Notes under the pieces: generated by a model
Seen by the model: only the letters and a program-made list of their open reading frames with translations
Database searches by the model: none
Told to the model about the DNA's origin: nothing
Position numbers and translations under genes: made by a program
Virus record (IMG/VR): IMGVR_UViG_3300017962_000016
Location: 1-53,040 of that record
Length of the DNA: 53,040 bases
Source of the DNA: a virus
Lineage: Duplodnaviria; Caudoviricetes
Strand: one strand, 5' to 3'
Part shown: one piece after another, positions 9,708-18,229 of the stretch
Position numbering within the stretch: the stretch's first letter is position 1
Layout: the number at the start of each line of letters is the position of its first letter

Positions 9708-10226
9708 ATGGCTGAGATTTTTGTAGTAACGGCTGACGCTGATTTTGCAGGACAATATGTTTCTGATCTACCTGTGATCAATGAAGCTCCTGTATCTCGC
9801 CAAGTTGGTTTTTATCTTCCAAGTTTGGCTTCTGCCTATGCAACCGAGTTGAGTTCTTACTTTTCAGACGAGGGTGCTAATGTAGGCGCACAAGGTGACG
9901 CGGATGGTTTGGCTACTTTCGTTATCGCTCGTGCTCTTGCGGGTGAAACTCTTGATGAGGCAAGCGTGACAACCGCAGATGGTAGTGGTGCCGACTATGG
10001 TACAGGAAGTGTTGAGGGTGTTCTTCGTATTCTTACGGGTGCTTCTCGTGACACCAATGGCAACTTTGCTGAAACAGGAGTCGTAGGAAATGGTCGCTTG
10101 ATCGGTGGTAAGCGAAGGCTCTATCTTCGTGACCGAACCACCGCTTCTTTGGGTGAGGGCTTCTTGCGTACTCATTCAGATGCGGGCAACCTTGTTGTGT
10201 ATCTTGTGGATGGATCTATCGCTTAA
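9708..10226 (+). CDS. acidic putative virion protein, paralog 2
   Basis: MAEIFV..DAD..GQY.SDLPV.N..PV.RQ.GFYL is shared with the upstream gene. Confidence 0.75.
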   Translation: MAEIFVVTADADFAGQYVSDLPVINEAPVSRQVGFYLPSLASAYATELSSYFSDEGANVGAQGDADGLATFVIARALAGETLDEASVTTADGSGADYGTGSVEGVLRILTGASRDTNGNFAETGVVGNGRLIGGKRRLYLRDRTTASLGEGFLRTHSDAGNLVVYLVDGSIA

Positions 10227-10250
10227 AGTTCGGTATCCGTTCAATAATGA

Positions 10251-10288
10251 GAGGGTGGTTGAGAAATCAATCACCCTTTTCTATTTTT
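10251..10288 (+). terminator. terminator hairpin
   Basis: AGGGTGGTTGA/TCAATCACCCT stem plus T-rich tail. Confidence 0.65.
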
Positions 10289-10302
10289 GGAGAATGGACA
10301 TT

Positions 10303-10566
10303 ATGTATCCCAATAAGAAACAGCCCTATGTAGAGGGGAGGTATCGGACGAGTGACCTTTACTATGCCGCCTATTTGAAAGTTGCGGGTGTTGTGTTCCT
10401 AGACACAGAGAAAGAGGGGCATCGGATATTCTTTGTTTTTGAGAACAACAATTCAATCAAAGAGTTGAAGAAAGAATATTTCAATCGGACATCGAGAGTT
10501 CCAGCTCTGACATACGCGGATGAGATTCGCACAATGAAATCACTTACACACATGGGTGGGAGATGA
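10303..10566 (+). CDS. DUF5659-like small protein
   Basis: TSDLYYAAYLKVAG...IFFVF motif; GGAGA RBS. The start was re-assigned from 10105. Confidence 0.6.
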   Translation: MYPNKKQPYVEGRYRTSDLYYAAYLKVAGVVFLDTEKEGHRIFFVFENNNSIKELKKEYFNRTSRVPALTYADEIRTMKSLTHMGGR

Positions 10567-10763
10567 GAGAGAATCTTGTCCTCCTTCTGTCGTTCGTTGC
10601 GATAGCATTGGGCTTGGCGATCATAACAATGGGAGTGACCTTTGTTGTGGGCTTTCTATTGTATCTCTTTGAGAGTTTTTGGGGTGTGTTCATTCTTGTG
10701 TTTCTTCTTTGGTTCATCGCTTGTTTTGCGGGTGGTGTTTTTCTCTCAAAGATGAAACGGTGA
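10563..10763 (+). CDS. small two-TM membrane protein
   Basis: Hydrophobic 66 aa; ATGA overlap. Confidence 0.6.
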   Translation: MRENLVLLLSFVAIALGLAIITMGVTFVVGFLLYLFESFWGVFILVFLLWFIACFAGGVFLSKMKR

Positions 10764-10807
10764 ATTCAATATCTTTTTTATATTTTTACAATGGTGTGGA
10801 GAAATTT

Positions 10808-11155
10808 ATGAACCTACGATCAAAATTAATTCGATTGGCGAAAAACAATCCTGAAATCCGAGAGGACATCTTGCCCTTGTTGGTTGAGAAAAAAGCAAAC
10901 AAAAAGGGCTTTTATGTCGTTGAATCGGAAAATGGTGAGTTCTTTGCTGTCGCTGAGGAATTTATCCGAAAGAAATACATAGGGGATTTTACTCCTTATG
11001 AGAATTGGAATGGTCGTGTTGATGGTGAAATTTTCGCTGGGAGTCACAGAGATCAATTGAAAAGTATTGATGGATTGTTTTGGTCGGTCAATATGATGTA
11101 TGGTCTTTTTGATGAAGGCTTGGTCAATGAAAAAATTATTAAGGCATTTCAATAA
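10808..11155 (+). CDS. hypothetical protein with an N-terminal LRSKLIRLA...ILPLL tag
   Basis: GGAG RBS before ATG 10808; late-type motif at 10766-10782. Confidence 0.7.
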   Translation: MNLRSKLIRLAKNNPEIREDILPLLVEKKANKKGFYVVESENGEFFAVAEEFIRKKYIGDFTPYENWNGRVDGEIFAGSHRDQLKSIDGLFWSVNMMYGLFDEGLVNEKIIKAFQ

Positions 11156-11166
11156 GAGAAAAACCT

Positions 11167-11703
11167 ATGTCCAATTTAAGAAACAAGATCATTCGTTTGG
11201 CACATAAGAATCCTGAGCTCAGAAAACACTTATTGCCATTGGTTTCAAAGACAGCGGGCAAGTTCAAGCCTGCACCAAAGATCAAAAGCAAGGAAGAAGC
11301 AGAGGCTATTGAGAACACTAAGTGGCAAGATTGGGAACCTGTTCAACTCCCTGATGATCCCTCAAGATATTTCTTGAATAGTCCTAAACTCGTAAAGCCA
11401 AAGTTGAGTGAGGTTAAGCCATCTCGCGCTCGTGAGGGTGGTATCGCAAATGCCAATAGGTTAATGTGGCTGACTTTCAATGGGTACAATCCAAAGCGAC
11501 AACCTATCTCTTTGCGTAAAGAGATAGATGGCTCTTACACAATCCTTGATGGGAGTTCCACCTATGCAAATGCGAAAGCAAATGGCTGGAGAGTGATATG
11601 GGGTGTTGTTGTGGAGGATTTGAGTAAGGTTGATGGTGGAGAATATGGTAGCCAAAGTGGTGGTGGCTTAGAAGAACTCCCAAGAAGAAAAAGGAAGTTC
11701 TGA
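11167..11703 (+). CDS. ParB/Srx-like domain protein with an N-terminal LRNKIIRLA...LLPLV tag
   Basis: PISLRKEIDGSYTILDGSSTYANAKANGW resembles the ParB-N core (PI.V...G.Y.I.DG..R..A). Confidence 0.6.
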   Translation: MSNLRNKIIRLAHKNPELRKHLLPLVSKTAGKFKPAPKIKSKEEAEAIENTKWQDWEPVQLPDDPSRYFLNSPKLVKPKLSEVKPSRAREGGIANANRLMWLTFNGYNPKRQPISLRKEIDGSYTILDGSSTYANAKANGWRVIWGVVVEDLSKVDGGEYGSQSGGGLEELPRRKRKF

Positions 11704-11808
11704 TTCCTACTCTAGTGTGAATATTTGCCATTGAAGAACCTGAGGGTGAAATAAGGCATAAAATTACAACTACAATGTGAATAACTTTTCTATGAGAGTG
11801 TGTTTGAT

Positions 11809-11958
11809 ATGAACGCACTCTCATTTTTTTTGGTTCTCGTTTTGTTGATTCTCGCCTATCTCTGTTGGCGAGTTCTTGCCTTTATCAACAAGCACCCATT
11901 CTTCTGTTTGTTTCTCGTCCTGTTTCTATATGAGTGGTTCTTCAAGAAGAAAAAATAA
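11809..11958 (+). CDS. 49-aa two-TM membrane peptide (absent from the ORF track)
   Basis: MNALSFFLVLVLLILAYLCWRVLAFINKHPFFCLFLVLFLYEWFFKKKK*. Confidence 0.55.
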   Translation: MNALSFFLVLVLLILAYLCWRVLAFINKHPFFCLFLVLFLYEWFFKKKK

Positions 11959-11969
11959 GTGCGTGTTTT

Positions 11970-12090
11970 GTACCTGAAAGTGTAAATCTTGTACCTTTAA
12001 GTGTAAATTATGTACCTTTTGGTGTAAAAAGCGTACCTCTTAGTGTAATTTATGTACCTCAAAGTGTAAATTGCGTACCTTTTTGCGTAC
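11970..12090. repeat. tandem array of 21-bp units GTACCTnnnnGTGTAAnnnnn (5 full + 1 partial)
   Basis: GTACCT starts at 11970, 11991, 12012, 12033, 12054 and 12075, an exact 21-bp period. Confidence 0.9.
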
Positions 12091-12092
12091 AT

Positions 12093-12128
12093 AAAAAAAG
12101 AACCCCCAATGGAAGCCAAAGGGGGTTC
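12093..12128 (-). terminator. terminator of the AIPR gene
   Basis: GAACCCCC/GGGGGTTC stem, with an A-tract on the plus strand (U-tract on minus) just past the AIPR stop. Confidence 0.7.
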
Positions 12129-12154
12129 AAGTCACATTACCTAGAAAGAGGGTG

Positions 12155-13330
12155 TTATCGAATCAAGAGCATCTCAACGGTACATCGATCCCAAAGGTCT
12201 TTATTTCGACCTCTCATGTGAGGGGATGTCCCATAGGTTGTACTCTTGGCAATCTCTAACATTTGAGATCCATTTGTATCCCAAATCTTTTTCATTTCCT
12301 TGAGGGTTTTTGTCCAAGTGAATTTGTTGGTTTTCTCATCGTAGTTCAAGAACACTCGGAAAGCACTCAATATTGGATACAGAGCCGATCTCTCAAGAGA
12401 GTAGTTGCCTTGTGTATCAAGGAAATAGAAATCGGTTTTTCCATTCTTTATGATAGAAAGACGACCGCCTTTTCGACCCGCTTTCGCATTGTTCCAAGCA
12501 TCTCTCGCTGTGGAGGAAATGTAATCTGACATCTCAAGAAATATGGGAGTGTGTTCCGCGAGAGAATCGTACAAGTCAAGATTCTTCAAATAGTGATCTC
12601 GATACCCCGCCTTTGCTGAATATGCTCGAATAGGAACAACTCTTGATGAGGCTGAGAAATCTCTTGTGTTGAACATATAGAGATGGGCAAGAATTGTTTC
12701 AATGTCAATCTTCTCGTTCCCATTCTCATTGTAAGCCACATTGTTCTCATACACTTGACCTTTGATAGCATCTTTGATCTTGTCAAACTTGTTATCAAGA
12801 TTCGCAAGGGATTTCTCTTTCACTTGGATTCCTGTATTCAAGCCTCTCGCAATCTCAGAGATCAACTCGTCAGGATAGTTCTCAAGAACCTCCATCTTGA
12901 CAAATTGTTGAATATTGTCGCCTTGTTCGTTTCGTTCCAAAATAGAATCTTGGCTCTCAGAGATAATGGTGTATGTATGTCCTCCATCTAGGATGCCATG
13001 CAAGTGTTGATCGTCAAGAACAATCGAACATTCTTCTCTCTTTCTGTTTCGTTGGAAAGATTCAACAGAGATCGTAATGCCTTTGTTCTTCAAGTGGAAG
13101 ATATTCTCAGGGGCATCGCCATCGTTCAAGAGCTCCGCCTTGATCTCTCTCCACAACTTACGATTGACCTTTGGCTGTCGAGGATTGGGTTTGTCGGAAA
13201 CTCCTTGTGGGAGATCTGACACATTAACAAGTAATGTCCATCTGCGAGTGTTGTACCCATTGGTAGATAGAACATTAGGTTCAGGGATTTGGCGAATTGC
13301 TTTCGCCTTTATCGTGTATTTTGTTTTCAT
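12155..13330 (-). CDS. AIPR-family (abortive infection phage resistance) protein
   Basis: PNPR...FHLKNKGITI...GILDGGHT...IARGLNT motifs; GGAG RBS. Confidence 0.8.
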   Translation of the reverse strand: MKTKYTIKAKAIRQIPEPNVLSTNGYNTRRWTLLVNVSDLPQGVSDKPNPRQPKVNRKLWREIKAELLNDGDAPENIFHLKNKGITISVESFQRNRKREECSIVLDDQHLHGILDGGHTYTIISESQDSILERNEQGDNIQQFVKMEVLENYPDELISEIARGLNTGIQVKEKSLANLDNKFDKIKDAIKGQVYENNVAYNENGNEKIDIETILAHLYMFNTRDFSASSRVVPIRAYSAKAGYRDHYLKNLDLYDSLAEHTPIFLEMSDYISSTARDAWNNAKAGRKGGRLSIIKNGKTDFYFLDTQGNYSLERSALYPILSAFRVFLNYDEKTNKFTWTKTLKEMKKIWDTNGSQMLEIAKSTTYGTSPHMRGRNKDLWDRCTVEMLLIR

Positions 13331-13404
13331 AAAAACTCCATTCTGAAAACTATTTTGCTTATCCTGAAATCCATCAGGGGAACAAGGTCATCTCGTTCCA
13401 TTGT

Positions 13405-13435
13405 TCTATACAGACATTTGATGGTAAAGTGATCG
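13405..13435 (-). promoter_or_regulatory. putative promoter GATCAC-N18-TA (second class)
   Basis: The minus strand reads CGATCAC-N18-TATAGA. The same spacing occurs at 13758, 19845-19875 and 25276. Confidence 0.5.
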
Positions 13436-13489
13436 GAAAGATTGATTTTTCTTTCTATATTGTTCGTTGAAGGAGAACCTCAATAGAGA

Positions 13490-13759
13490 ATGACTATGAA
13501 AAAAGAAGCCACAGACCAATTGCGAATCTACGAATATATAGATGAAGATGGGAATGTCTTTTGGTCATTTACGGAAACTACCCCTCGTGTGGAGTTCCGA
13601 AAACTAGAACTCGTGGATAGGGCGGGTATGCAATTCAATCGTTGGAATTTCGAGTTGAAGAAAATAGTTCGAGTGGCGGATTCCGAAAGACTTCTTGCCG
13701 AATTAGAGAAAACAACAATCATTGAGGATAAAAATTGGGGCAAAAACCCAAAAAAGTGA
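13490..13759 (+). CDS. hypothetical protein
   Basis: 89-aa ORF with AGGAG upstream. Confidence 0.65.
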   Translation: MTMKKEATDQLRIYEYIDEDGNVFWSFTETTPRVEFRKLELVDRAGMQFNRWNFELKKIVRVADSERLLAELEKTTIIEDKNWGKNPKK

Positions 13760-13824
13760 TCACATAGACAACCAAAGTTGGTATATTCAAACACAAAATA
13801 AAACTCACCCCAAAAGGAGAATAT

Positions 13825-14097
13825 ATGTCCGACAATAATTTCGGTGCTGTTGATACAGCAGTCTTACAACAACTAAATAGCCTCAAACAAGCAGCTTCTG
13901 ACATCACATCTGAAATCGGAAGCCTTGAAATCCGTAAAGCACGCTTGATTGGTTCTCTTGGAGAGGTAGAGAATCGCGCTCAACAAATTCTTTCGGATGA
14001 GGGTAAGCGATTAGGTATTCCTGAGGGTACCGCTTGGCAAGTGACATCAGAGGGAGAGGTCATTGTTGCACAAGAAACCAAAGGTGAAACTGAGTAA
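13825..14097 (+). CDS. small coiled-coil hypothetical protein
   Basis: AAGGAG RBS; heptad-like composition. Confidence 0.75.
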   Translation: MSDNNFGAVDTAVLQQLNSLKQAASDITSEIGSLEIRKARLIGSLGEVENRAQQILSDEGKRLGIPEGTAWQVTSEGEVIVAQETKGETE

Positions 14098-14127
14098 TTG
14101 AACCAAGTTCGTTATTCGTCTTATATG

Positions 14128-14161
14128 AACCCCATAGATAGAATGTCTGTGGGGTTTTTTT
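14128..14161 (+). terminator. terminator hairpin abutting the next start codon
   Basis: AACCCCATAGA/TCTGTGGGGTT stem plus T-tract; ATG at 14162. Confidence 0.65.
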
Positions 14162-15589
14162 ATGGGATACGAAACTAATGTGTGGCGACCTGCCTCTGAG
14201 TTTCCATTTGCACCTGCCAATGTTCAAGTCATACATGGTTTTGACAAGGGAGTGGTAGATTTGAAATGGGATGATCCCTCTGTGATATCTATTGTTGATA
14301 CGACACAGAGATGGGATAACCCTGTTTATTCCGCTTCCGCTAATCTTGGAGGTCAAAATAACGGTGCTTGGGATATTGTGGGTGTCAATATCTATCGTTC
14401 AACGGATGGAGATCGCGGTCCATTCAAGAGATTGAATCAATATCCGATTGGTTCAGGGATGTTCCGAGATAGAACCGATAATGCCTTTGTGGAGAAAGAG
14501 CTCGTACAATGGGCTAGTGGCTGGCACACAAGAGGCGATGCCGCCTCTTTCAATAGTTGGACAATCCAAGTACAAAATTTCCCAATGGTCAAGAAAGAGG
14601 GAGGGGCGATCCACGCCAACTCCCCTTTTGATGTGGCTGTGTATATAAATGGTGTTCGAGTTCAAGTGGATAGAGTCAATGGCACAACAGGACAAATCAC
14701 TCTCATTGATTCACCAACATACGACATCGCAAGGGAACAATTCAATCCTCCGATTCTTCCCAGCGAGAACTCTGTTGTTGAGGTGTCGTACTACCACAAT
14801 GTCAATTTGGTAGATACGACTCTCGATAAGAAAGACAAGATTTGGTATCGAATCACAACGGTCGCAAAGAGTGATGAAACTCCAAGTGGGTTGATAGAAA
14901 CACCTCTTTCTCACGCACCACCTGTTTCTCTCAGAGAGGTAGAAACTCTCGATTACATTTGGAGAGAAGCTCTCCGAAGAAATAATTGGATTCTTGAACA
15001 AGGGGGCGAAAGAGTCAAACTCTTTGTCCGAAAGAGATCAGGAATCACTTGCTATTGCACATTGGATGAGGAACTTGTTGAATACAGTAAGCAACCAAGT
15101 AATCGTTGTGAGAAATGCTATGGCACAGGATATGTCGGTGGGTACGAGGGACCTTATGACATTATTGTTTGTCCTGACGATGGAGAACAAGTGATCTCTC
15201 AAAGTGACAGAGGACGAAGAAAGGAACATACATACGAGTGTTGGATTGGACCAACTCCGAGTGTTTCACAGAGAGATTTTATCGTCAAGCAAGATGGCGA
15301 GAGATACAGCATTGGTTCTGTCAGACGACCAAGCAATCGTGGAAATCAGCTCAATCAATTCTTCAACATTGGGTATCTTGATGAGAGCGATATCCGATAT
15401 CGTGTTCCTGTCACAGGTGTGTCCGAGCTCACATTCCCCGAAACGAGAACAACAAAAGATTACGATGGAGCTCCTTTTCCCGTTGGTGCAGACCGACAAG
15501 CGAGTCCAATGATTACAGAGAAAGACAATACACCTGACGACAAAGAACAAAGAGGTAGGACGCCTGTTTGGGAGAATCAAAATTACTAA
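14162..15589 (+). CDS. putative neck/head-completion protein
   Basis: GERVKLF...CYC...RCEKCYGTGYVGGY zinc-knuckle followed by a beta-barrel-like region; N-terminal FN3-like segment; structural context. Confidence 0.55.
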   Translation: MGYETNVWRPASEFPFAPANVQVIHGFDKGVVDLKWDDPSVISIVDTTQRWDNPVYSASANLGGQNNGAWDIVGVNIYRSTDGDRGPFKRLNQYPIGSGMFRDRTDNAFVEKELVQWASGWHTRGDAASFNSWTIQVQNFPMVKKEGGAIHANSPFDVAVYINGVRVQVDRVNGTTGQITLIDSPTYDIAREQFNPPILPSENSVVEVSYYHNVNLVDTTLDKKDKIWYRITTVAKSDETPSGLIETPLSHAPPVSLREVETLDYIWREALRRNNWILEQGGERVKLFVRKRSGITCYCTLDEELVEYSKQPSNRCEKCYGTGYVGGYEGPYDIIVCPDDGEQVISQSDRGRRKEHTYECWIGPTPSVSQRDFIVKQDGERYSIGSVRRPSNRGNQLNQFFNIGYLDESDIRYRVPVTGVSELTFPETRTTKDYDGAPFPVGADRQASPMITEKDNTPDDKEQRGRTPVWENQNY

Positions 15590-15987
15590 TGCCCTCCGTT
15601 ATCTTTTCCATACCCGTTATCAAAGAGGCATCGCAGAATGGTCTATTGGAGAGATACATGCTCCAACAGACCAAGCGAGCCTTTTCGGATTATTTCGCAA
15701 GGGGTGGTCGAGGTAAGAAAGTCGCACAAGAGTTTGTGGGTTCTCTCTATGTAGAGAAAAAGGGTGGCGAGTATTCTTTGATGACCAAGTTTGATTTGGG
15801 AAAGCACAAAGACAAGACAACAATCGAGCTCCAAAAGAGTGGAGAGATGAAACGACAGAAATATCCTCGAAATCTTGATAGTGGGGTGTGGGTGTCTGCT
15901 TCAATTGCCGACAAGAACTTTCTCCAACAAGTTCAAGAGGATTGTGTCACCTATTACATCACTCTTTTTTTAGATGGGTTCTTATGA
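15589..15987 (+). CDS. hypothetical protein
   Basis: TAATG coupling to the upstream stop. Confidence 0.6.
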   Translation: MPSVIFSIPVIKEASQNGLLERYMLQQTKRAFSDYFARGGRGKKVAQEFVGSLYVEKKGGEYSLMTKFDLGKHKDKTTIELQKSGEMKRQKYPRNLDSGVWVSASIADKNFLQQVQEDCVTYYITLFLDGFL

Positions 15988-16631
15988 GGAAATACATTTT
16001 GACCTGTATATGCCCTTCCTATATTGTTTCTGAGATCAATAAAACCTTTTATCTCAGAGATACTTGGGTATTGTCTGAAAAAGAATACAACCAACCTTTT
16101 GTTCAGAGATTGCTTCGTATGGGTGTTTTCTCTGTGGCGATAAAGCAGGAGTGTAGAATGAAAAAGAAACCACCAACTACCAAAATACCACCATTTGTGA
16201 AAATGCGAGGGGGTGTTCCTAAGACAACACCTACCCCACCCTCTCAACAAGGGGTTTCTGAACAATCCCTCAAGGACATTGTTCAAGCAGAGATGGCTCA
16301 AATGAAACAACAGATAGTCCAAGAGATTTCAGGAGAGCTCTCCTCAATGTTGCAACAACAAGGGGGCGCACAAATGGATATGGAGGCATTGGGGAAATTG
16401 ATTACACAATCCATACAAGCCTCTCTCCCCGTTGGTGGTGTCGCACCCGCTCAACAAGTGCAAGCGACTCCCATTGATGAGGATGACGAACCGATTTATA
16501 TTCCCTCAAATATCACAGGGAGTGGTATAGTATCGGGGAGTTCTATGTCTGTTGAATCCATTTCAACAGATGATTCTGTTAGTGATGCCGCGAGTGCTCT
16601 GCGTGCTATGAAGAAAAAACGAAAAAAATAA
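15984..16631 (+). CDS. hypothetical protein
   Basis: ATGA overlap; low-complexity Q/S-rich region with a basic tail. Confidence 0.65.
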   Translation: MRKYILTCICPSYIVSEINKTFYLRDTWVLSEKEYNQPFVQRLLRMGVFSVAIKQECRMKKKPPTTKIPPFVKMRGGVPKTTPTPPSQQGVSEQSLKDIVQAEMAQMKQQIVQEISGELSSMLQQQGGAQMDMEALGKLITQSIQASLPVGGVAPAQQVQATPIDEDDEPIYIPSNITGSGIVSGSSMSVESISTDDSVSDAASALRAMKKKRKK

Positions 16632-16647
16632 CTTATAGGAGAACATA

Positions 16648-17655
16648 ATGTCTAAGAAAAAACAACTAGGTGTCGGAATCGATCTTGGCACTATGAATAT
16701 CGTTTCTGCTCGTCAAGGGGAGAAAGGTATCGACATCCGTAGGATTCGAGATGCGTTTCTTGATCTTGACCTTTCTGCAAAGAAAATGTTGAAACTCTCA
16801 GGAGTGGATTTCATTGAGCGAGAGAACGAGATTCTTCTTATTGGAGATGCCGCACTCGAAACAGCGAATGTCTTTGGACAAGAGGCAAGGCGACCTCTTT
16901 CACAAGGTCTTATTTCCGCTGGAGAGATTGATGCCATTGAGGTTCTTGGTATTCTAGTTCGCCATGTGCTTGGAGAACCGACCGAAAAGAATGAGGTGTG
17001 TTATTTCTCTATCCCTGCCGCCCCTGTAGATGACCTCACAAGAGATGTAATTTATCACGAGGGTGTCTTTGAACGAATCGTACAAGAATGTGGCTATGAT
17101 GCCGTTGCGAGTAATGAGGCGATGGCGATTATTTTTTCCGATTGTGCGAAAGAGGGTTTCAGTGGATTGGCGATTTCTTTTGGGGCTGGTATGTGCAACA
17201 TCGCCCTTGCCATCAATACCATTGAGGGATTGTGTTTCTCGGTAGCGAGGGGTGGCGATTGGATTGACGCAGGTGCTTCTAAGGCAACGGGTTCAACTCA
17301 ATCAAAGATCACAGCACTCAAGGAAGCAGGAATTGATCTTCTCAACCCAAAGACACGCGAAGAAGAAGCTCTTGCGGTCTATTACAAGAGTTTGATTAAA
17401 TATTGCTTAAAGCACATCGCCAACGAGTTCAAGAAAATCAAAGGAAAGTTCAGTATGCCCAAGCCTATTCCTCTTGTCATTTCAGGTGGAACATCTAAGG
17501 CAGGTGGATTTGTAGAATTCTTCCAACAAGTTTTTGAAGAACAACGATCTCGTTTTCCAATTGAAATCAGTGAAATTCGACACGCCAAAGATCCCCTCAA
17601 TGCCGTTGCACTTGGACTCTATGTTCAAGCCCAAAACGAATACGATGAGGACTAA
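16648..17655 (+). CDS. actin-like ATPase (MreB/MamK/ParM superfamily)
   Basis: Phosphate-1 GIDLGT, connect NEAMA, phosphate-2-like ISFGAG, adenosine VISGGTS, C-terminal DPLNAVALG. Confidence 0.85.
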   Translation: MSKKKQLGVGIDLGTMNIVSARQGEKGIDIRRIRDAFLDLDLSAKKMLKLSGVDFIERENEILLIGDAALETANVFGQEARRPLSQGLISAGEIDAIEVLGILVRHVLGEPTEKNEVCYFSIPAAPVDDLTRDVIYHEGVFERIVQECGYDAVASNEAMAIIFSDCAKEGFSGLAISFGAGMCNIALAINTIEGLCFSVARGGDWIDAGASKATGSTQSKITALKEAGIDLLNPKTREEEALAVYYKSLIKYCLKHIANEFKKIKGKFSMPKPIPLVISGGTSKAGGFVEFFQQVFEEQRSRFPIEISEIRHAKDPLNAVALGLYVQAQNEYDED

Positions 17656-17658
17656 CCA

Positions 17659-18099
17659 ATGGGTGTTCGAGGGATAATGAATGATGTGTTGCGACAACAT
17701 GTTGCATTGGACAATCAAGATGTCCGATCTCCCTTGTATGTTGCGGGTGCTTTTGGGGGCAATCCGAAAGCCTACACAGACAATGCGATCAAGGTAGGAA
17801 AAATCGCACAAGCGAAAGGCTTTGCACCCTTTGTTCCACACACCTCCATTTTGAGTGGTGTCTATGGTTGTGACGAGAAAGAAGAAGAAAGGAACAATGG
17901 GATGGTATCAACACTCTCCCTTTTGATTGCTTTCGCACAGAATCCCTTTGCTCATCTTTGGGTGATTGAGAATGAAGATGGTACTCTATCTCAAGGAACA
18001 CAAATGGAATATGAGGTGTGGTGTCAAGTCCGAGAGGGTTTGGGCTTGCCAAAAAATTACACACAGAAAAACTATCGAGATTGGCTAACCAATCTATGA
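17659..18099 (+). CDS. DUF4406/nucleoside deoxyribosyltransferase-like protein
   Basis: LYVAGAF...GFAPFVPH...SQGTQMEY pattern. Confidence 0.5.
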   Translation: MGVRGIMNDVLRQHVALDNQDVRSPLYVAGAFGGNPKAYTDNAIKVGKIAQAKGFAPFVPHTSILSGVYGCDEKEEERNNGMVSTLSLLIAFAQNPFAHLWVIENEDGTLSQGTQMEYEVWCQVREGLGLPKNYTQKNYRDWLTNL

Positions 18100-18106
18100 G
18101 GATATT

Positions 18107-18226
18107 ATGGACGAGAAAAAACTTGAAGAAATAGACGAGAGAATTGATAATGGTGTAGAAACCGATGAGGACATTGAGGTTCTTGTGGATTTCTACATTG
18201 ACTTTATGGAAACATTGGAAGATTAG
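18107..18226 (+). CDS. 39-aa acidic peptide (absent from the ORF track)
   Basis: GAGGA RBS; MDEKKLEEIDERIDNGVETDEDIEVLVDFYIDFMETLED*; fills the gap between its neighbours. Confidence 0.55.
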   Translation: MDEKKLEEIDERIDNGVETDEDIEVLVDFYIDFMETLED

Positions 18227-18229
18227 GCG

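Noticed and set aside
11970-12090. CRISPR array
   Set aside because: The variable parts are only 4-5 nt and the period is 21 bp, so there are no spacer-length sequences. No cas genes are seen.
11934-12221. 95-aa ORF with VPxSVN repeats
   Set aside because: It is a by-product of the 21-bp (in-frame) array. It has a GTG start without an RBS and overlaps the upstream peptide, the terminator and the AIPR end.
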